DNA of 59,120 nucleotides, counting the filler. It is 8 parts of 8 records of this genome, joined end to end, with 100 filler letters (N's around TTAATTAATTAA, not from the genome) between each part and the next. Parts side by side here need not be neighbours in the genome. Positions count along the whole stretch, not along the records: positions 40,585 to 45,825 come from SRR31147125_168706; positions 45,926 to 51,712 come from SRR31147125_168916; positions 51,813 to 59,120 come from SRR31147125_168972; 5 more parts are not named here. One strand, 5' to 3'. The stretch's first letter is position 1, and the number at the start of each line of letters is the position of its first letter. Below are positions 43,601 through 57,961 of this stretch, piece by piece. Under the pieces are notes generated by a model, which ran no database searches, was not told the origin of the DNA, and saw nothing but the letters and a program-made list of their open reading frames with translations. Both the position numbers and the translations under genes were made by a program.

Positions 43601-45825
43601 TTGTGTTCCACCTTCTTTCTTGACCGTGTGTTCGTTTTGCCAGTTGCGATTAAAGGGGCTCTGATCGAAAAAGTGCCTGTCAAGGTCACAGCCCCCGTAC
43701 CGAAAGCGCAACTTGTCGAAGCCGCCACTGCCATTCAGGCGATTACGTTAACTGCTCCTGTGGCTTGTGGTCAAGTGATTGCTCGTGATCTTCTGGGAGA
43801 ACCAGGTGTGGATGTCGTTGTCTGTCGAACGGTGTACAAGATTGGGGAGAAGCGGCCTGTCCATGTTCGAAAGAGCCTCAAACAAGTTATTCCCGGTACG
43901 TTGGGCGTCGTTTGTTGCGATGATTTTCACTTACAGGAGATTCAGAGAAAGGCGGTCCTTCCATATTGATTCTGTACGGTTCTGAAACAGGAAACTCAGA
44001 AGGACTGGCTCTGCAATTTGCCACAGAAATGCAAACGCGAGGATTTACGACTCGGTTCGGTGGTGGTGGTGGTGGTGGTTAGTTGATATGACAATGCGTC
44101 CTCACAGTGTCCTCGAGCTGAACGATTTCGAGGTAGAGGATATGGAGGCAGAGCCCTTGGTGATTGTTTTCACTTCCACGTATGGACAGGGCGAGTTCCT
44201 GCGAATGCCAAAGGTGAACATGGGTAGCGTGTAAGGGGGCGACGGCTGCTGATGACACGTGGTAGGGTTCTGGGAGGATTTGTGTGAAGAACGCCCCTCA
44301 GACTTTCTTCGTAACACACGCTATGCCGTGTTTGGTCTTGGTGATTCCAACTACTGCTACTTCTGCAAGGCCGCCAAGCTCATTGATGAACGAATGGCAA
44401 AACTCGTGCGTGAGAGACAACGGGACGAAAGCCAGCCATGCCTAAACTGGTTTCTGTAGGGTGCAAGTCGTATCGTTCCAATAGGATTCGGGGACGATCA
44501 GCATGCGGACAAATTCGAAGCCGGATACGAAGAATGGGTTCCCGATGTCTTTTTGCAACTCAATGCCAAGAAAACAACAACAGAACCCCCTCATCCCTCC
44601 TTTGTGCTCACAAAGGTTTGGCGTGGTGCTCGTGCACGCTCATCAACTCAGTATTGTCCAGAACCCTCCAGGGACCCATCAGGCCGATCTTCCGGCACGA
44701 ATTATCCCCCAGGGTGCTTCTTTGGTCTCTCTGATCCAGAACAAGCGGTTAACACCTGAGGATTACGATCGCAACATCATGCATCTGGTGTTTGATTTGA
44801 AGGGTACGAAACTCTCCTATTCTCAGGGGGATGCCCTACAAATCTTCCCCCACAACCCTCCGGAGAAAGTACGCATAGAGGATGGAAACGGGTGATACAC
44901 TCACCCTCCGTTTCAGGTACACGAGTTCTTGGAGTTCTACGGACTGAGACCCGATGAAGAGATCACGATTCAGCAAGTTGGGACAACGCGTGGAAGTCGT
45001 ATCCTTCCTGCAGTCTCCACGGCCCTGCAGCTCTTCTCTGAGGTGAATTTGCGTGCATGTGATGTAACGGCACTAACCCTATTCAGGTCCTTGACGTCTT
45101 TGGGAAACCCACGCGACGATTCTTCGAAGCACTAGCCCACTTTGCTGTGGACGAAGGAGAAAAGGCCTTTTTGGTTCGCCTAATGAGGTGCGATCTCCGT
45201 ACGTCAGTGCGTGCTCGCTCAGTAAGGATTAGTGCGGACGGAAAAGCGGACAAGCAAGAACTGTTCAATGAGTCCGTAACCTACGCCGATCTGCTGCGAC
45301 GTTTTCCGAGTGCCAGAATCCCACTACACTTTCTTATTGATCTCCTCCCGAACATCAAACCGAGGTGCATCATGTGTAATGTATTCCCCTATTCATCCCC
45401 TAATCACCAACCAACAGAGCCTATTCGATTGCCTCCTCTCCACGCGTGGATCACAGCAAATTGGAACTCTGTGTCGTACTAGTAGATTGGACAACGTCCA
45501 AGGGAAAGTTGCGCTATGGTATATGCCCCGTGTATTTTGTGGGGTGGATGGTGGGGTGCTGATAGGCAATCGATCACAAGGCCTCTGTACGTCCTACTTG
45601 ACGCGACTGCAACCATCAGATCAAGACAAGGTCTATGTGGCCGCTAGTGTGCGTGAGGCTGTTGTGACGCTTCCAACGAGCCATACCGTACCTCTCGTGA
45701 TGTCTGGATTGGGAACGGGATTGGCACCGTTCCGTGCCTTTATTCAAGGTGCGACGGGTGGATCCATGGGTTGCTGTCTGACACGAGATTGATCCCTTCA
45801 GACCGAGCCGTGCTCAAAGCCAAGG
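40628..45825 (+). CDS. Eukaryotic spliced multidomain oxidoreductase: GlpA-like FAD G3P dehydrogenase + BFD [2Fe-2S] + NAD(P)/FAD oxidoreductase + DUF1667 Fe-S + flavodoxin + FNR (CPR/CysJ-like); both ends truncated
   Basis: In order across short GT-AG introns: [35 protein letters not shown]...[110 protein letters not shown]. Confidence 0.88.
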
Positions 45826-45925
45826 NNNNNNNNNNNNNNNNNNNNNNNNNNNNNNNNNNNNNNNNNNNNTTAATTAATTAANNNNNNNNNNNNNNNNNNN
45901 NNNNNNNNNNNNNNNNNNNNNNNNN

Positions 45926-47294
<1,369 letters not shown>

Positions 47295-47399
47295 GTTGTC
47301 AGCCGTGTCTTTGTATTATACAAGGTCCATGAAGTTCTGTTTGTTGTCGGTCTACTTTGTTCTCTTCACTGCTTGACGGAATTGCCTTCCTATCTCTTT

Positions 47400-50300
47400 C
47401 AACGGTACCTTGTACCTAGAACAAGAAGATGAGAGGGTGGTGGCGGCAGAGGCGTGTGTGTTATGTACTTGAGGGTTTTGGCTGCAAAGACCTCACTCAG
47501 CCATTCATCGAAACGGTGAAACATGACCTGATGGAACCCCATGAGACACATGTGTTCACAACAATGTAACGCTTGACCTTTTCAAGGAAGGCCTTCTTTG
47601 CCGTGAGCTTGTGAAACGATCGAGCACATCGTGTCGCAAACGTGAAGTAGTCGTCGCAGCTTGATCCATCCTATCAACAACAATGCCAACATCGACAACG
47701 AACACACCTGTCATGATAGGTATTGAGATAACGTGTAAATGTGTTGATTGCAGGCAAGGTGAGCAGTTGTTCCTCTTCCAATGTTGGTTGCTAAATACGC
47801 GCAACACCTCAGCGACAGGAAACACATCACACGTGCCCACAATCGCACCGCTACTTCAATGTTATCTTGATGCCTCCAGACAAATTCCACCTCCTCCTGA
47901 AATCAAGCTTGTTGGTTTGCACGGCAATCAGATCAAACAAGACACGTCACCTTTCCCGGTTCTTCCACAGCTTTGATCGGGGAAGAAACAGTCACCTCCT
48001 CACACACAACCGTTGTCTCGGCCTCGACTTCGACCTCGTCCACTCCACGGGAAAGATCATGACTACATCACACAATTAATGGAGAGGTACTATCGCAAGA
48101 CGGCAAACCTTTCACTCTCAGTGCGTGGGCGCGTCACGGCAGGCATGCCAAGGATCGTTCGCAAATGATCCTAGACTCCACACCGTCAACAAAAGAAAAA
48201 CCAGGGCGCTTGTCTCGCACCTTGTCGCGTTCGACCTGTTTCGTCTTCTCTTCAATTCCCACTAGAAGACTCTGCCAACAACACAGCGTGAGGATTCCTT
48301 GCAAGCATCCTGCGCACAACAAAGACTACCTCGTGGGTCAGAGACGCCTTCTCAACAAGCGTCATCAACTGCCAAATGCTCGACTGAAGTGTTGTCACAC
48401 GCACTTGCGCACGCCTAATCGTGGATCTAGAACTAGGTGTTAATGGAGGATCCACATCACAGTGAAGAGAGACCTGAGCTGTTCCGCATTAGCAGCAGCC
48501 GCGCCCGCAATTTTCTCTCGCAGTTCATCTCGTTCGGATTTCAACTCCGCTAGCTTCACCTTTGTCACCTTGAATTCATTCTCCTCTGCGCATGTGTACA
48601 CGTATCACGAAGGAAGGTTGTGCATGGCGGAATTCGTCGCGTACTTGCTTGAAGGGAGTCCAATTCTTTCAAAAGGTGTTCAATCTTTTCCTCGAGCCTA
48701 GCAACCAGAGATACAGTCAATCAATTAATCAATCAATCAATCAGCCAGCCACATACGCATGTTGCACGGTCCGTGACTGTTCCTGCATGATCTGATTCTC
48801 CTTCTCCAGTTGAGAACATTGTTGAGATATCTGAGCAAGTTCCTTTTCCTTTGCTCTGAGCACTTCCAATTCGTTTTCACACTCCAACACTTGTTTGTGT
48901 GCGGTGTAGTAGTCCTGCGCACATTGAAGAACCGGTCATACAGATGCGAATCGTTGCTGTGTTCCAACACACCTGCTTGAATTTTTCCTTCATTTGTGAG
49001 AGGTCCACAACTTGTTTCTCCAGCAAGGCCACGCGTTCACTCTCTTCGCCCTGCTTTGCCTCGTTCAATAGGGCGTTCTCCACTTCCAATCGTGCCATCT
49101 TCTCCTTTCTGCCAAGGAAGCGGAGGTCAAAGATAAGCAAGCGAGGACCAGCCGTACAGTTCAGGTGTGAAGACATTCTCGGGGGGCACAACTTCAGAGG
49201 CGATCCGTGCGGATTCTACCAACAAGTGAGGCCCTTGTCACACACACACACACTCACTCACACACTCACACCACCATACCATTATGGGCTTTGGCAAGAT
49301 CCCCCTCAAGTTTCTTGATTCGCTCTGTCGCTTCGTCTACCTGAGCGCACAATTTTCGCACATGTTCGTCCTTTTCCGTATGGTCCCCACGCTGCCGCTC
49401 CAAGGAATACACGAGTCGGGAGATCTCGAGATCCTATGCATTGGGATGTCGGGTTCATGTTCCTCGTTGCCCTCTCCCACCTTTTGCTGCGCGGACAGTG
49501 TCATCTGACTTGATTCCTCCTCTAGTTGTCGTAATTGTTGTCGGTACATCTCCACCTAACAAGAAGAAAGGAGTTAGACGAAAGAAGGGGGAGATGAGAA
49601 CGGTACCTGTGTGTTGAGAACAGGGATCTTCTGGTTGGCCACTTGGAGATCATCACTCTTCCGCTGTAGCCCTTCCATAGTTGTTTCCAGTTGTTCAACA
49701 CGCGCTTCAGCAGCATCCGCCTGGTGGAAAAGGACGATCACACCAATGGGATACTACAAGGGGCACCCTCAGCATACCATCGCCGCTCGTGCCTGAAGGG
49801 CCTTCATTGTCGTCTCCAGTTCGGATATCTTTCGTCCCGCCTCATCTCCCTTGGCAAATAGGTTCGCTTTTGCTTCCTACGCTCCCCTACCGTGATGAAC
49901 CGAGCCCCACAAGAGAACGGGAGGGGCACAAACCTCTTCATACTGCACCGCTTCCTGACGTTTGGCTTCAGCCTCTCGCAGGTTTACGCGCAACGTCTCT
50001 ACTTCCTTTTCCAGGTCCAATGCCTGAGTGTGCATCAACGTGTCAGAGGACGATAAGAATATCATGCGACAACCCTCTGATTAGCTCCGTGGAAGTCATG
50101 TTTGAACTTTGATTTCAACTGTTCCATGTCTGTCAATTGGGTCTCAAGAAGAGCAATTCGCTGTTGAATCTCTTCTTTCTCTACACGAAGAGTTGTTGTC
50201 TCCTCTTCAAGACGAGACATCTTTCGCTTTCTGGAACGATCAAGCGATCAAGGCATGTGACGTGGAGGGAAGCATACAAAACACCACACGTACAAGGTTG

Positions 50301-51712
50301 GCGTCAAGATATCCTCGGTTGTCTTGGCTGGTACAACTTCGGGTACCTTATTCCGCTCTAACTCTACGAGTGTTTGTCGAAGTCGTTCAATTTCCTTCTC
50401 TCGCTCCTGTCCAACCTGGAACAAGGGGTCATCCCACATTCCTGTCCCCGGCACGACGATGCACCGTCTCAGATTTTGTTTTGAATTCAAGTTCCTCTTG
50501 AAGGGTTTCAAGGGTACGTCGTAGTCGTTCGATCTCTGCATCCTGCACTCGTTATGGTGAGACAACCCTCGCCTTGAACGGATACTTCCGTGAGACCTTC
50601 TGTTGGTTGGCCAGTGTTGCTTCACTGGATTCCTCTTCCAACTGGCCCAGTTGCTGGCGGTACATGTCCACTTGGACAAGAAGCGCCGGAATTTTTTGGG
50701 TGCTTGTCTGGAGATCGGCATTTCGCTTGCCCAGTGCACCCAATTCGACCTGCAATTCCTCGCAGCGAGCCTTGGCGGCATCTCCCTTTGTGCGTGTCAC
50801 ACCTACTCAGGGTACAAACGCGGGTCATACCTCTTTGATACCCTTTTGAAGCGTTTCGGCCTCTGCCTCCATGGTCGCACACCGCTTCTTTGTCTCATCC
50901 AGCTGATTTTCCAGGGATGTGGCTGTCTCCTGCACAAAAGAACGTGGGCTCCTAACACGAAACAGCGTGTTTCCTACCCGAGCCCTCTCCACAGTGCGAG
51001 CAAGCCCTGATTCCATCTCCTTCACACGTCCTCGTGCGAGATCCAACTCTTTCTCTAACTCCAAAACCTTCTGATTGGATGTTAAGTGTTCGTGTCGGAA
51101 TTTCGACTTGAGTTGCTCCATATCGGCGAGTTGTGTCTCCAAGAGGGCAATTCGTTGTTGTGTTTCACCCTTTTCCTCACGAAGCATCTCTGTCTCCTCT
51201 TCTAGTCGTGTCATCTTCCTCTTGCTAAGGGCAAGACGCGTCAAGAGAACAACAAAAGGGGATCAATGCCTCACGTACAGTGCTGGTGTGAATAAATCTT
51301 CGACAACAACCTCTCGGGCACTCTTGACTTCAATCTCTGTAATGATGACACGCTAAGCATGCGAAACGAAGAAGGAAACCTCTGTCCCAACCATGTTTCT
51401 CCCGTTCAAGGTCCGTGACCTTTTTCTTGAGGTCGGTGATTTCATTGGCCCCTTCGTTTGAGGCCTGTAGAACCACCACACATGCGTTGGAGGGAGACAG
51501 GAGTCCCCAAAGGATCACCTTTTGTTCTCGCTCGAGTGATCGGGTGAGGCGTTCGATTTCAAAGGTCTTCTGTTGATTGCTCACTGTTCCGTCTCTTGAG
51601 GTGAGGAGATAGTTTTGATTCTTGAAAGGTGGTACACACCTGTGAGCTCACTGGTCTCAGTTTCCATTTCTGCCAACTGAGAACGATATCTTCACATCAC
51701 ATCGGAAGAGAG
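47400..51712 (-). CDS. Eukaryotic multi-exon long coiled-coil protein with internal duplication (boundaries uncertain)
   Basis: E/K/Q/L-rich heptad exons such as MTRLEEETEMLREEK..., QVDMYRQQLGQLEEESS and VEMYRQQLRQLEEESS, separated by short introns. Confidence 0.55.
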
Positions 51713-51812
51713 NNNNNNNNNNNNNNNNNNNNNNNNNNNNNNNNNNNNNNNNNNNNTTAATTAATTAANNNNNNNNNNNNNNNNNNNNNNNNNNNNNNNN
51801 NNNNNNNNNNNN

Positions 51813-53576
51813 AAAAATCCCTTTTTACGTGGAGCGGGCCGGCAAAAAAATCATTTACAAGAAACCCTTTGAAGGGGTGATCCCCAACCTGTCCCGTAGA
51901 TTCAATGAGACCTCATCAGCCAGTGTGCGGGAGGATTTGGGACGATACATGGGAGCCTCGGCATGCCAGAGCTGTCGAGGCAGTCGACTCAATCCGGGGG
52001 CTTCCGCTGTAACCGTGGCTGACCGGCATATCTGGGAAATCACGGCCCTCTCTGTCAGGGAAGCCGGGCAGTTTATAAAGGAAATGGTATTAACCGGAAA
52101 AGACAAGGTGATTGCCGATGCCATTGTCAGGGAATTAATCCAGCGTCTGGGCTTTCTTGAGGATGTGGGACTTGACTACCTGACCTTGAACCGCTCGGCC
52201 GCCACCCTTTCGGGTGGGGAAAGTCAGAGGATCCGTTTGGCCACCCAGATCGGTTCCAGGCTGACAGGTGTCCTCTACGTTCTGGACGAGCCCAGCATCG
52301 GCCTGCACCAGCGGGACAACGCAAGACTTCTCAAAACCCTTATGGACTTAAGGGAGCTTGGGAACACAGTGCTTGTGGTGGAACACGATGAGGAGACCAT
52401 TATGGCCGCGGACCATGTCATTGACATTGGCCCGGGGGCCGGCATCCACGGTGGTGAAGTGGTTTTTCAGGTCCTCCGGAGGCCCTTGTCAAAGATTTGG
52501 CCTCACTGACCGGAGCCTATCTTTCCGGAAGGCGAAAAATTGAAATACCGACCCAACGGCGAAGGGGAAACGGCCATTTTATAACCCTAAAAGGGGCTTC
52601 GGCCAACAACCTTAAAACCATTAACGCGGCATTTCCCCTGGGATGCTTTACCTGTGTGACCGGTGTCTCTGGTTCGGGAAAATCCACCCTGGTCCTGACC
52701 ACACTCTACCAGGCCCTGGCCAGCCAGCTGAATCGGTCCCGAACCCCTGTGGGCAGTCATAAGGGAATAGACGGGATCCAACATCTGGACAAAGTCATCC
52801 ACATTGACCAGTCCCCCATCGGAAAAACCCCGCGGTCCAACCCCGGTACCTACACCGGGGTGCTCACCCTGATTCGGGAACTCTTTGCCCAGACCCGGGA
52901 TGCCAGAGCCAGAGGATACAAAGCCGGACGGTTCAGCTTTAATATAAAAGGCGGCCGATGCGAGGCCTGCGGCGGAGACGGCATCGTTAAAATCGAAATG
53001 CATTTTCTTCCCGATGTCTACGTCACCTGTGACCTCTGCAAGGGGCAGCGGTATAATAAAGAAACCCTGGAGATCAAGTACAAGGGAAAAAATATTGCCC
53101 AGATCCTTGACATGACCATTAATCAAGCTGTCCGTTTTTTTGAAAAAATCAACAGTATCAGGACCACATTGGCCACCCTGGTAGACACCGGCCTGGGCTA
53201 TATCAAACTGGGCCAGTCCGCCACCACACTTTCCGGAGGAGAGGCCCAGCGGATCAAGCTGGCACGGGAGTTGTCCAAACGGAGCACGGGAAACACCATT
53301 TATATTATGGATGAACCCACCACAGGACTTCATTCCGAAGATATCCAACGATTGCTGACCGTATTGGATAAATTAACCGATGCCGGAAATACCGTTGTGG
53401 TCATTGAACATAACCTGGACGTCATTAAATGTGCAGACCACATCATCGACCTGGGTCCTGGAGGGGGAAACAAAGGAGGGGACATTGTCGCTTCAGGGAC
53501 ACCGGAAGAGGTCGCCTCCCATTCCCGTTCCCATACCGGATTTTACCTGGCCAAAACCCTGACCCCCGGCCATTGA
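51813..53576 (+). CDS. uvrA: Excinuclease ABC subunit A, C-terminal half (frameshift in the T-run at 52463-52467)
   Basis: [69 protein letters not shown]. Confidence 0.96.
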
Positions 53577-53694
53577 ATCCCCACCAGCCCGGGATAAATG
53601 GGTCCCCATTTATTTTCTATCTTCCTAACCAAAACCTAACCCCGGCAAGGTATATAATAGTAGATGTTTAGGAACTAAAATGGGGGGCATTGCA

Positions 53695-53838
53695 ATGTTT
53701 AAAGACATAGACCCGGGACAAATCAAGTCCATTCTTCTCATTGGTCTGATTCTCGGCAGCATTTTTTTTGGGCGATTTATTCCCGTTGAAATCACACACA
53801 GCCAGGCATTCAAAGAAGTTCACTGGCTTGACAACTAA
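53695..53838 (+). CDS. Small single-TM hypothetical protein (47 aa)
   Basis: MFKDIDPGQIKSILLIGLILGSIFFGRFIPVEITHSQAFKEVHWLDN; G-rich RBS; stop overlaps the stop of the convergent gene. Confidence 0.4.
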   Translation: MFKDIDPGQIKSILLIGLILGSIFFGRFIPVEITHSQAFKEVHWLDN

Positions 53839-54425
53839 TCTGTGGTCTTGTCCTTATAACAATACCAGGTGTCACACTTGAAATCATTGTCCACCAGACA
53901 GGATCCGTCAACCTGGCAGGCATAGACAATGCGGGAGGCCTTTTCAACCATATCTTTTGATAGGGGCACCGGCGGATCAGGGATCTGGGTCATGAGCGCA
54001 TCTTTTGGCCCGGGTATGGCATGAATGCCCTCCCCTAACACCTTTCCGGTAAGACCGCAGATCACCTCGGCATCTTCTCCGTTGGTGGTTACCACCAGTG
54101 GAATATAGGAAGGCTGAATCATTCTGCCCAGGGCCAGATTGGAAAGGCGGCGGGTGACAAGGGATCCGGGGGCGTACTTTATAAGCATATCCACCCGGTT
54201 TCCTTTCCCCACCAAAAAATCCACGGGAACCCGTGCAAATTGTTCACCAAGGTGAATATCCACCCCTTTTTTCTGCCTGACCTGATCCCTGGTATATCCC
54301 AGGGTCTGAACCAGATGCCTGGCCAGTTTTTGATGATATCGTTCATCATGGGTATCGGCAATGGTCCGGCCGGTGAGAAAATCGATCAACTCACCCATGA
54401 CCAGGTGATGGGAATTTTTTTCCAT
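53835..54425 (-). CDS. Stand-alone HsdR-N-terminal-like (PD-(D/E)xK fold) protein
   Basis: DFLTG...DERYHQKLAR.LV..LGY, PVDFLV, PGSLVTR, VVTTNGEDAE. Confidence 0.65.
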   Translation of the reverse strand: MEKNSHHLVMGELIDFLTGRTIADTHDERYHQKLARHLVQTLGYTRDQVRQKKGVDIHLGEQFARVPVDFLVGKGNRVDMLIKYAPGSLVTRRLSNLALGRMIQPSYIPLVVTTNGEDAEVICGLTGKVLGEGIHAIPGPKDALMTQIPDPPVPLSKDMVEKASRIVYACQVDGSCLVDNDFKCDTWYCYKDKTTD

Positions 54426-54518
54426 ATGATCCTTTCCAGTATGATCCTCGCCAGTTTTTTATTGGCCCCATTCTAATATACTAAAACGGCTCAACCCAAA
54501 TAACAATAGGGCCCGGAT

Positions 54519-55617
54519 CTAAACAAAGGTAAGATCCGTCTTTCTCCGGGATTGCTGCATCAGCTCACAATCGGCCAGCACAAGGGCTGCCATGCTTTCC
54601 ACAATGGGCACGGCCCGGGCCACCACACAGGGGTCATGACGGCCTTTGGCCTCCAGAGTCACCGGCCGGCCCTGGAAATCCACAGTTTCCTGAGGCAGCC
54701 CAATGGTTGCCGGAGGCTTGAATGCCACCCGGAAGAATATGGGCTCTCCATTGGAAATCCCCCCTGCACCCCGCCGGAGAAATTTGTCCTTGTCCCAAGC
54801 TGATTTCCTTTTAAGATAAAAGGATCGTTGTGCCTTGAGCCTGTCATCCTGGCCCCGGAAAACCCAGACCCGATTTCAAAGCCCTTGGTGGCGGGAATAG
54901 AAAGCATGGCCCGGGCCAGCATGGCCTCCAATTTGTCAAAGCATGGTTCTCCAAGGCCCAGCGGGACATGTCTGCACACACAGCAGACAACCCCCCCACA
55001 GAATCCTTGGCATCTTTGGTCTTTTGAATCAGGGTTTCCATTTTCCCGGCAGCATGGCCATCCGGGCAACGGATAATGGTTTGGTCCACGGTCTTCCTGT
55101 CCAGGGTCATCATATCCGGCAGATCCGCATCAATGTCACCCACACGGCTGACCCAGGCCACAATCTCAACCCCATGGGTCTTTTTCAAAAACTTTTCAGC
55201 AATGGATCCGCCGCAGACCCGGCCGATGGTCTCCCTGGCAGAGGATCTCCCGCCGCCGCTGGAGGCCCGGATTCCATACTTTTCCTGATAGGTAAAATCC
55301 GCATGGGAGGGACGGGGAATATCTGCCATTTCCGAATAATCCTGGGGATGCTGGTCCATATTTCCCACAAACATTGAGATGGGAGTACCAAGGGTTCTGC
55401 CGTTTTCCACCCCGGACTGGATCATGACCTGATCCCGTTCGGACCGGGGGGTGGCCACATCGCTCTGCCCCGGCCGGCGCCGGTCCAATTGGGGCTGGAT
55501 ATCCGCCTCGCTGAGGGCCATGCCCGGAAGGCAACCGTCCACGATGGCCCCGACCCCTTTGCAATGGGATTCACCAAAGGTATTGACCCTGAATAATGTA
55601 CCAAATGTACTTGCCAT
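54519..55617 (-). CDS. aroC: Chorismate synthase (two homopolymer frameshifts near 54995 and 54760)
   Basis: [65 protein letters not shown]. Confidence 0.95.
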
Positions 55618-55895
55618 TTTATTTTCCCCTTGTATTAACTTTATGAATCATCATTAAACCCTGATCCCGGCATTCCGTAAAGGGGAAAATATCTCAAGTA
55701 GTCTTTTACACCTTTGCAAGCCAACCCCAACATTGCAATACATCATCCCATAAAAGATTAGTCTATTATTGGAAATATTCTGGATAATAAAAAGGTATTT
55801 TGATATAGGAACATGTCCAGGAGAGACAGTCCATGGGTTGAGCTTGCAAAATCCTTGAAAAAGCATTTCTATCCTTCGGAAAAAGGAGAATTCTC

Positions 55896-57901
55896 GTGAA
55901 AAAATTGCGTGATATCAAGTTGCGGTCAAAACTGATCTGGGGTGGTCTTATCATGGTGCTATTGCCCATGCTGCTGGTGGGGGGCATTTGCGTAAAACAA
56001 GCGGGCAAAGGCTTGATGGAAGGAGGCAAACGCGAAATGGGCCAGGTATCTGCCAGTCTTGCCGAGATGACTCAAATTATGCTGGCCGACCAGGTGGCCT
56101 TGGCCAAATGCATCACACAGGCCCCCCTCTTCCGGGAAATGACTCAGACGATTATGGCTTCAGGCATTGACAACGCAGGTCAAGCCCCCACGCATCTGGA
56201 TCGCTATCTCAAGGATGTGTTTGCCGATCATTCCAAAGCATACGAAACCTTCTTTGTTGCCGATACCAGCGGGCTCATCATCTCGGACAGTATGGGGGGC
56301 ATACTTCGGGAAAAAAGATAAGTATCCGCGACCGCAATTATTTTACATCCGTCAGCAGCAGCCAAAAACCACTCATAGGAGAACCTGTTGCCTCTAAAAA
56401 TTCCGGCGAAATAGTGATGGTGGTCAGTATTCCCCTCAAATCGGCTTCAGGCGATTTTGGCGGGATGTTCGCAGCGGTGCTCAAACTGTCCATTCTCTCG
56501 GATCATATTCTTTCAAAAACCCTGGGTAAAACCGGTTACACCTATGTCATCAACTCCGAAGGCCTGATAATCGCCCATCCCAATAAGGATCTGGTCCTTA
56601 AACTTGATCTTAAAACCGTAAAAGGGATGGAATCCATCAGCCGCAGAATGCTTGCCAAAGAAACCGGGGTTGAAGCGTATGAGTTCAAACAAGTGGAAAA
56701 GATTTCAGGCTTCGCCTACATTCCCATCACCGGATGGTCCATTGCAGCGACCCAGAACAAGGACGAGTTTATGGCACCTGTAAATGCCATGAGCCGATAC
56801 ACCCTGGTGGTCGGTGCCTGTGTCATGGCTGTCATGACTGTATTTCTTTTCTTCTCCTCTGTTGCCATTATTCGTCCCATCAACCTTGCAGTTAAAGGAC
56901 TGCGGGATATTTCAGAGGGAGACGGAGATCTCACCAAACGTCTGACGGTCTCTGGGAAAAACGAGATCGGAATCCTCTCCTATGTATTCAACCGTTTTAT
57001 CGCCAATCTCCAAACCATGATCACAGAAATTGCAGGAGGGGTCGAGACCCTTTCCAATGCATCGGGAAAATTATCCGGTATTTCCACAGAAATGGCCGGA
57101 GAGGCAGACCAGACCTCTGACCGTTCTGCAAAAGTGGCTGAAGCAGCCGGTGAAATGACGGTCAACATGAACTCTGTGTCCTCTGCCATGGAAGAATCCA
57201 GCGCCAACCTCAACACCGTGGCTGCCGCCTCGGACCAGATGAGCGCCACCATCGGAGAGATTGCCCGAAACGCAGAAAAGGCCCGGGCCATTTCAGATAC
57301 AGCTGTAAATAAAGCCTCGGAATCCACCGAGAGAATGGACCAACTCGGGCTTGCCGCCCGGGACATCGGACAGGTTGTTGAAACCATTACCGACATTTCC
57401 GAACAGGTCAACCTCCTGTCTTTGAACGCCACCATTGAGGCTGCCAGAGCCGGGGAGGCCGGTAAAGGCTTTGCGGTTGTGGCCAATGAAATCAAAGAAC
57501 TGGCCAACCAGACCTCTGACGCCTCAATGGATATCAAAGCCAGGATCGAAGATATCCAGTCCTCCTCAACCCATACCCTGGCCAGCATCAATGAAATCTC
57601 AGAGGTCATCCGTGACGTAAACGACATCGTGGCCACCATTGCCACGGCAGTGGAGGAACAGTCCTCAGCCACCCGGGAAATTTCCGAAAACATTTCCCAG
57701 GCCTCGGGCGGTGTTGAAGCCGTGAATCAAAATGTCAGCCAGAGTTCTGTGGTGGTTGATGAAATCAGCCGGGATATTCAGGATGTCAACCATGCTGCAG
57801 ATACCATGAAAGACAAAAGCGGCCGGGTCAATGAAAGTTCGCAGGAATTATCAGCCCTGGCAACCCAACTGGGTGACATGGTGGGACGATTTAAAATTTG
57901 A
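55896..57901 (+). CDS. Methyl-accepting chemotaxis protein, Cache-HAMP-MA (frameshift in the A-run at 56311-56316)
   Basis: Two TM helices, [61 protein letters not shown]. Confidence 0.94.
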
Positions 57902-57925
57902 TGGCGGGGTTACACAAACAGACCG

Positions 57926-57952
57926 CGGCGGCCCGAATTTTTCGGGCCGCCG
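57926..57952. terminator. Hairpin between the convergent MCP and cbiK genes
   Basis: CGGCGGCCCGAA pairs with TTCGGGCCGCCG, a 12-bp perfect stem. Confidence 0.7.
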
Positions 57953-57961
57953 GCATTTCCC

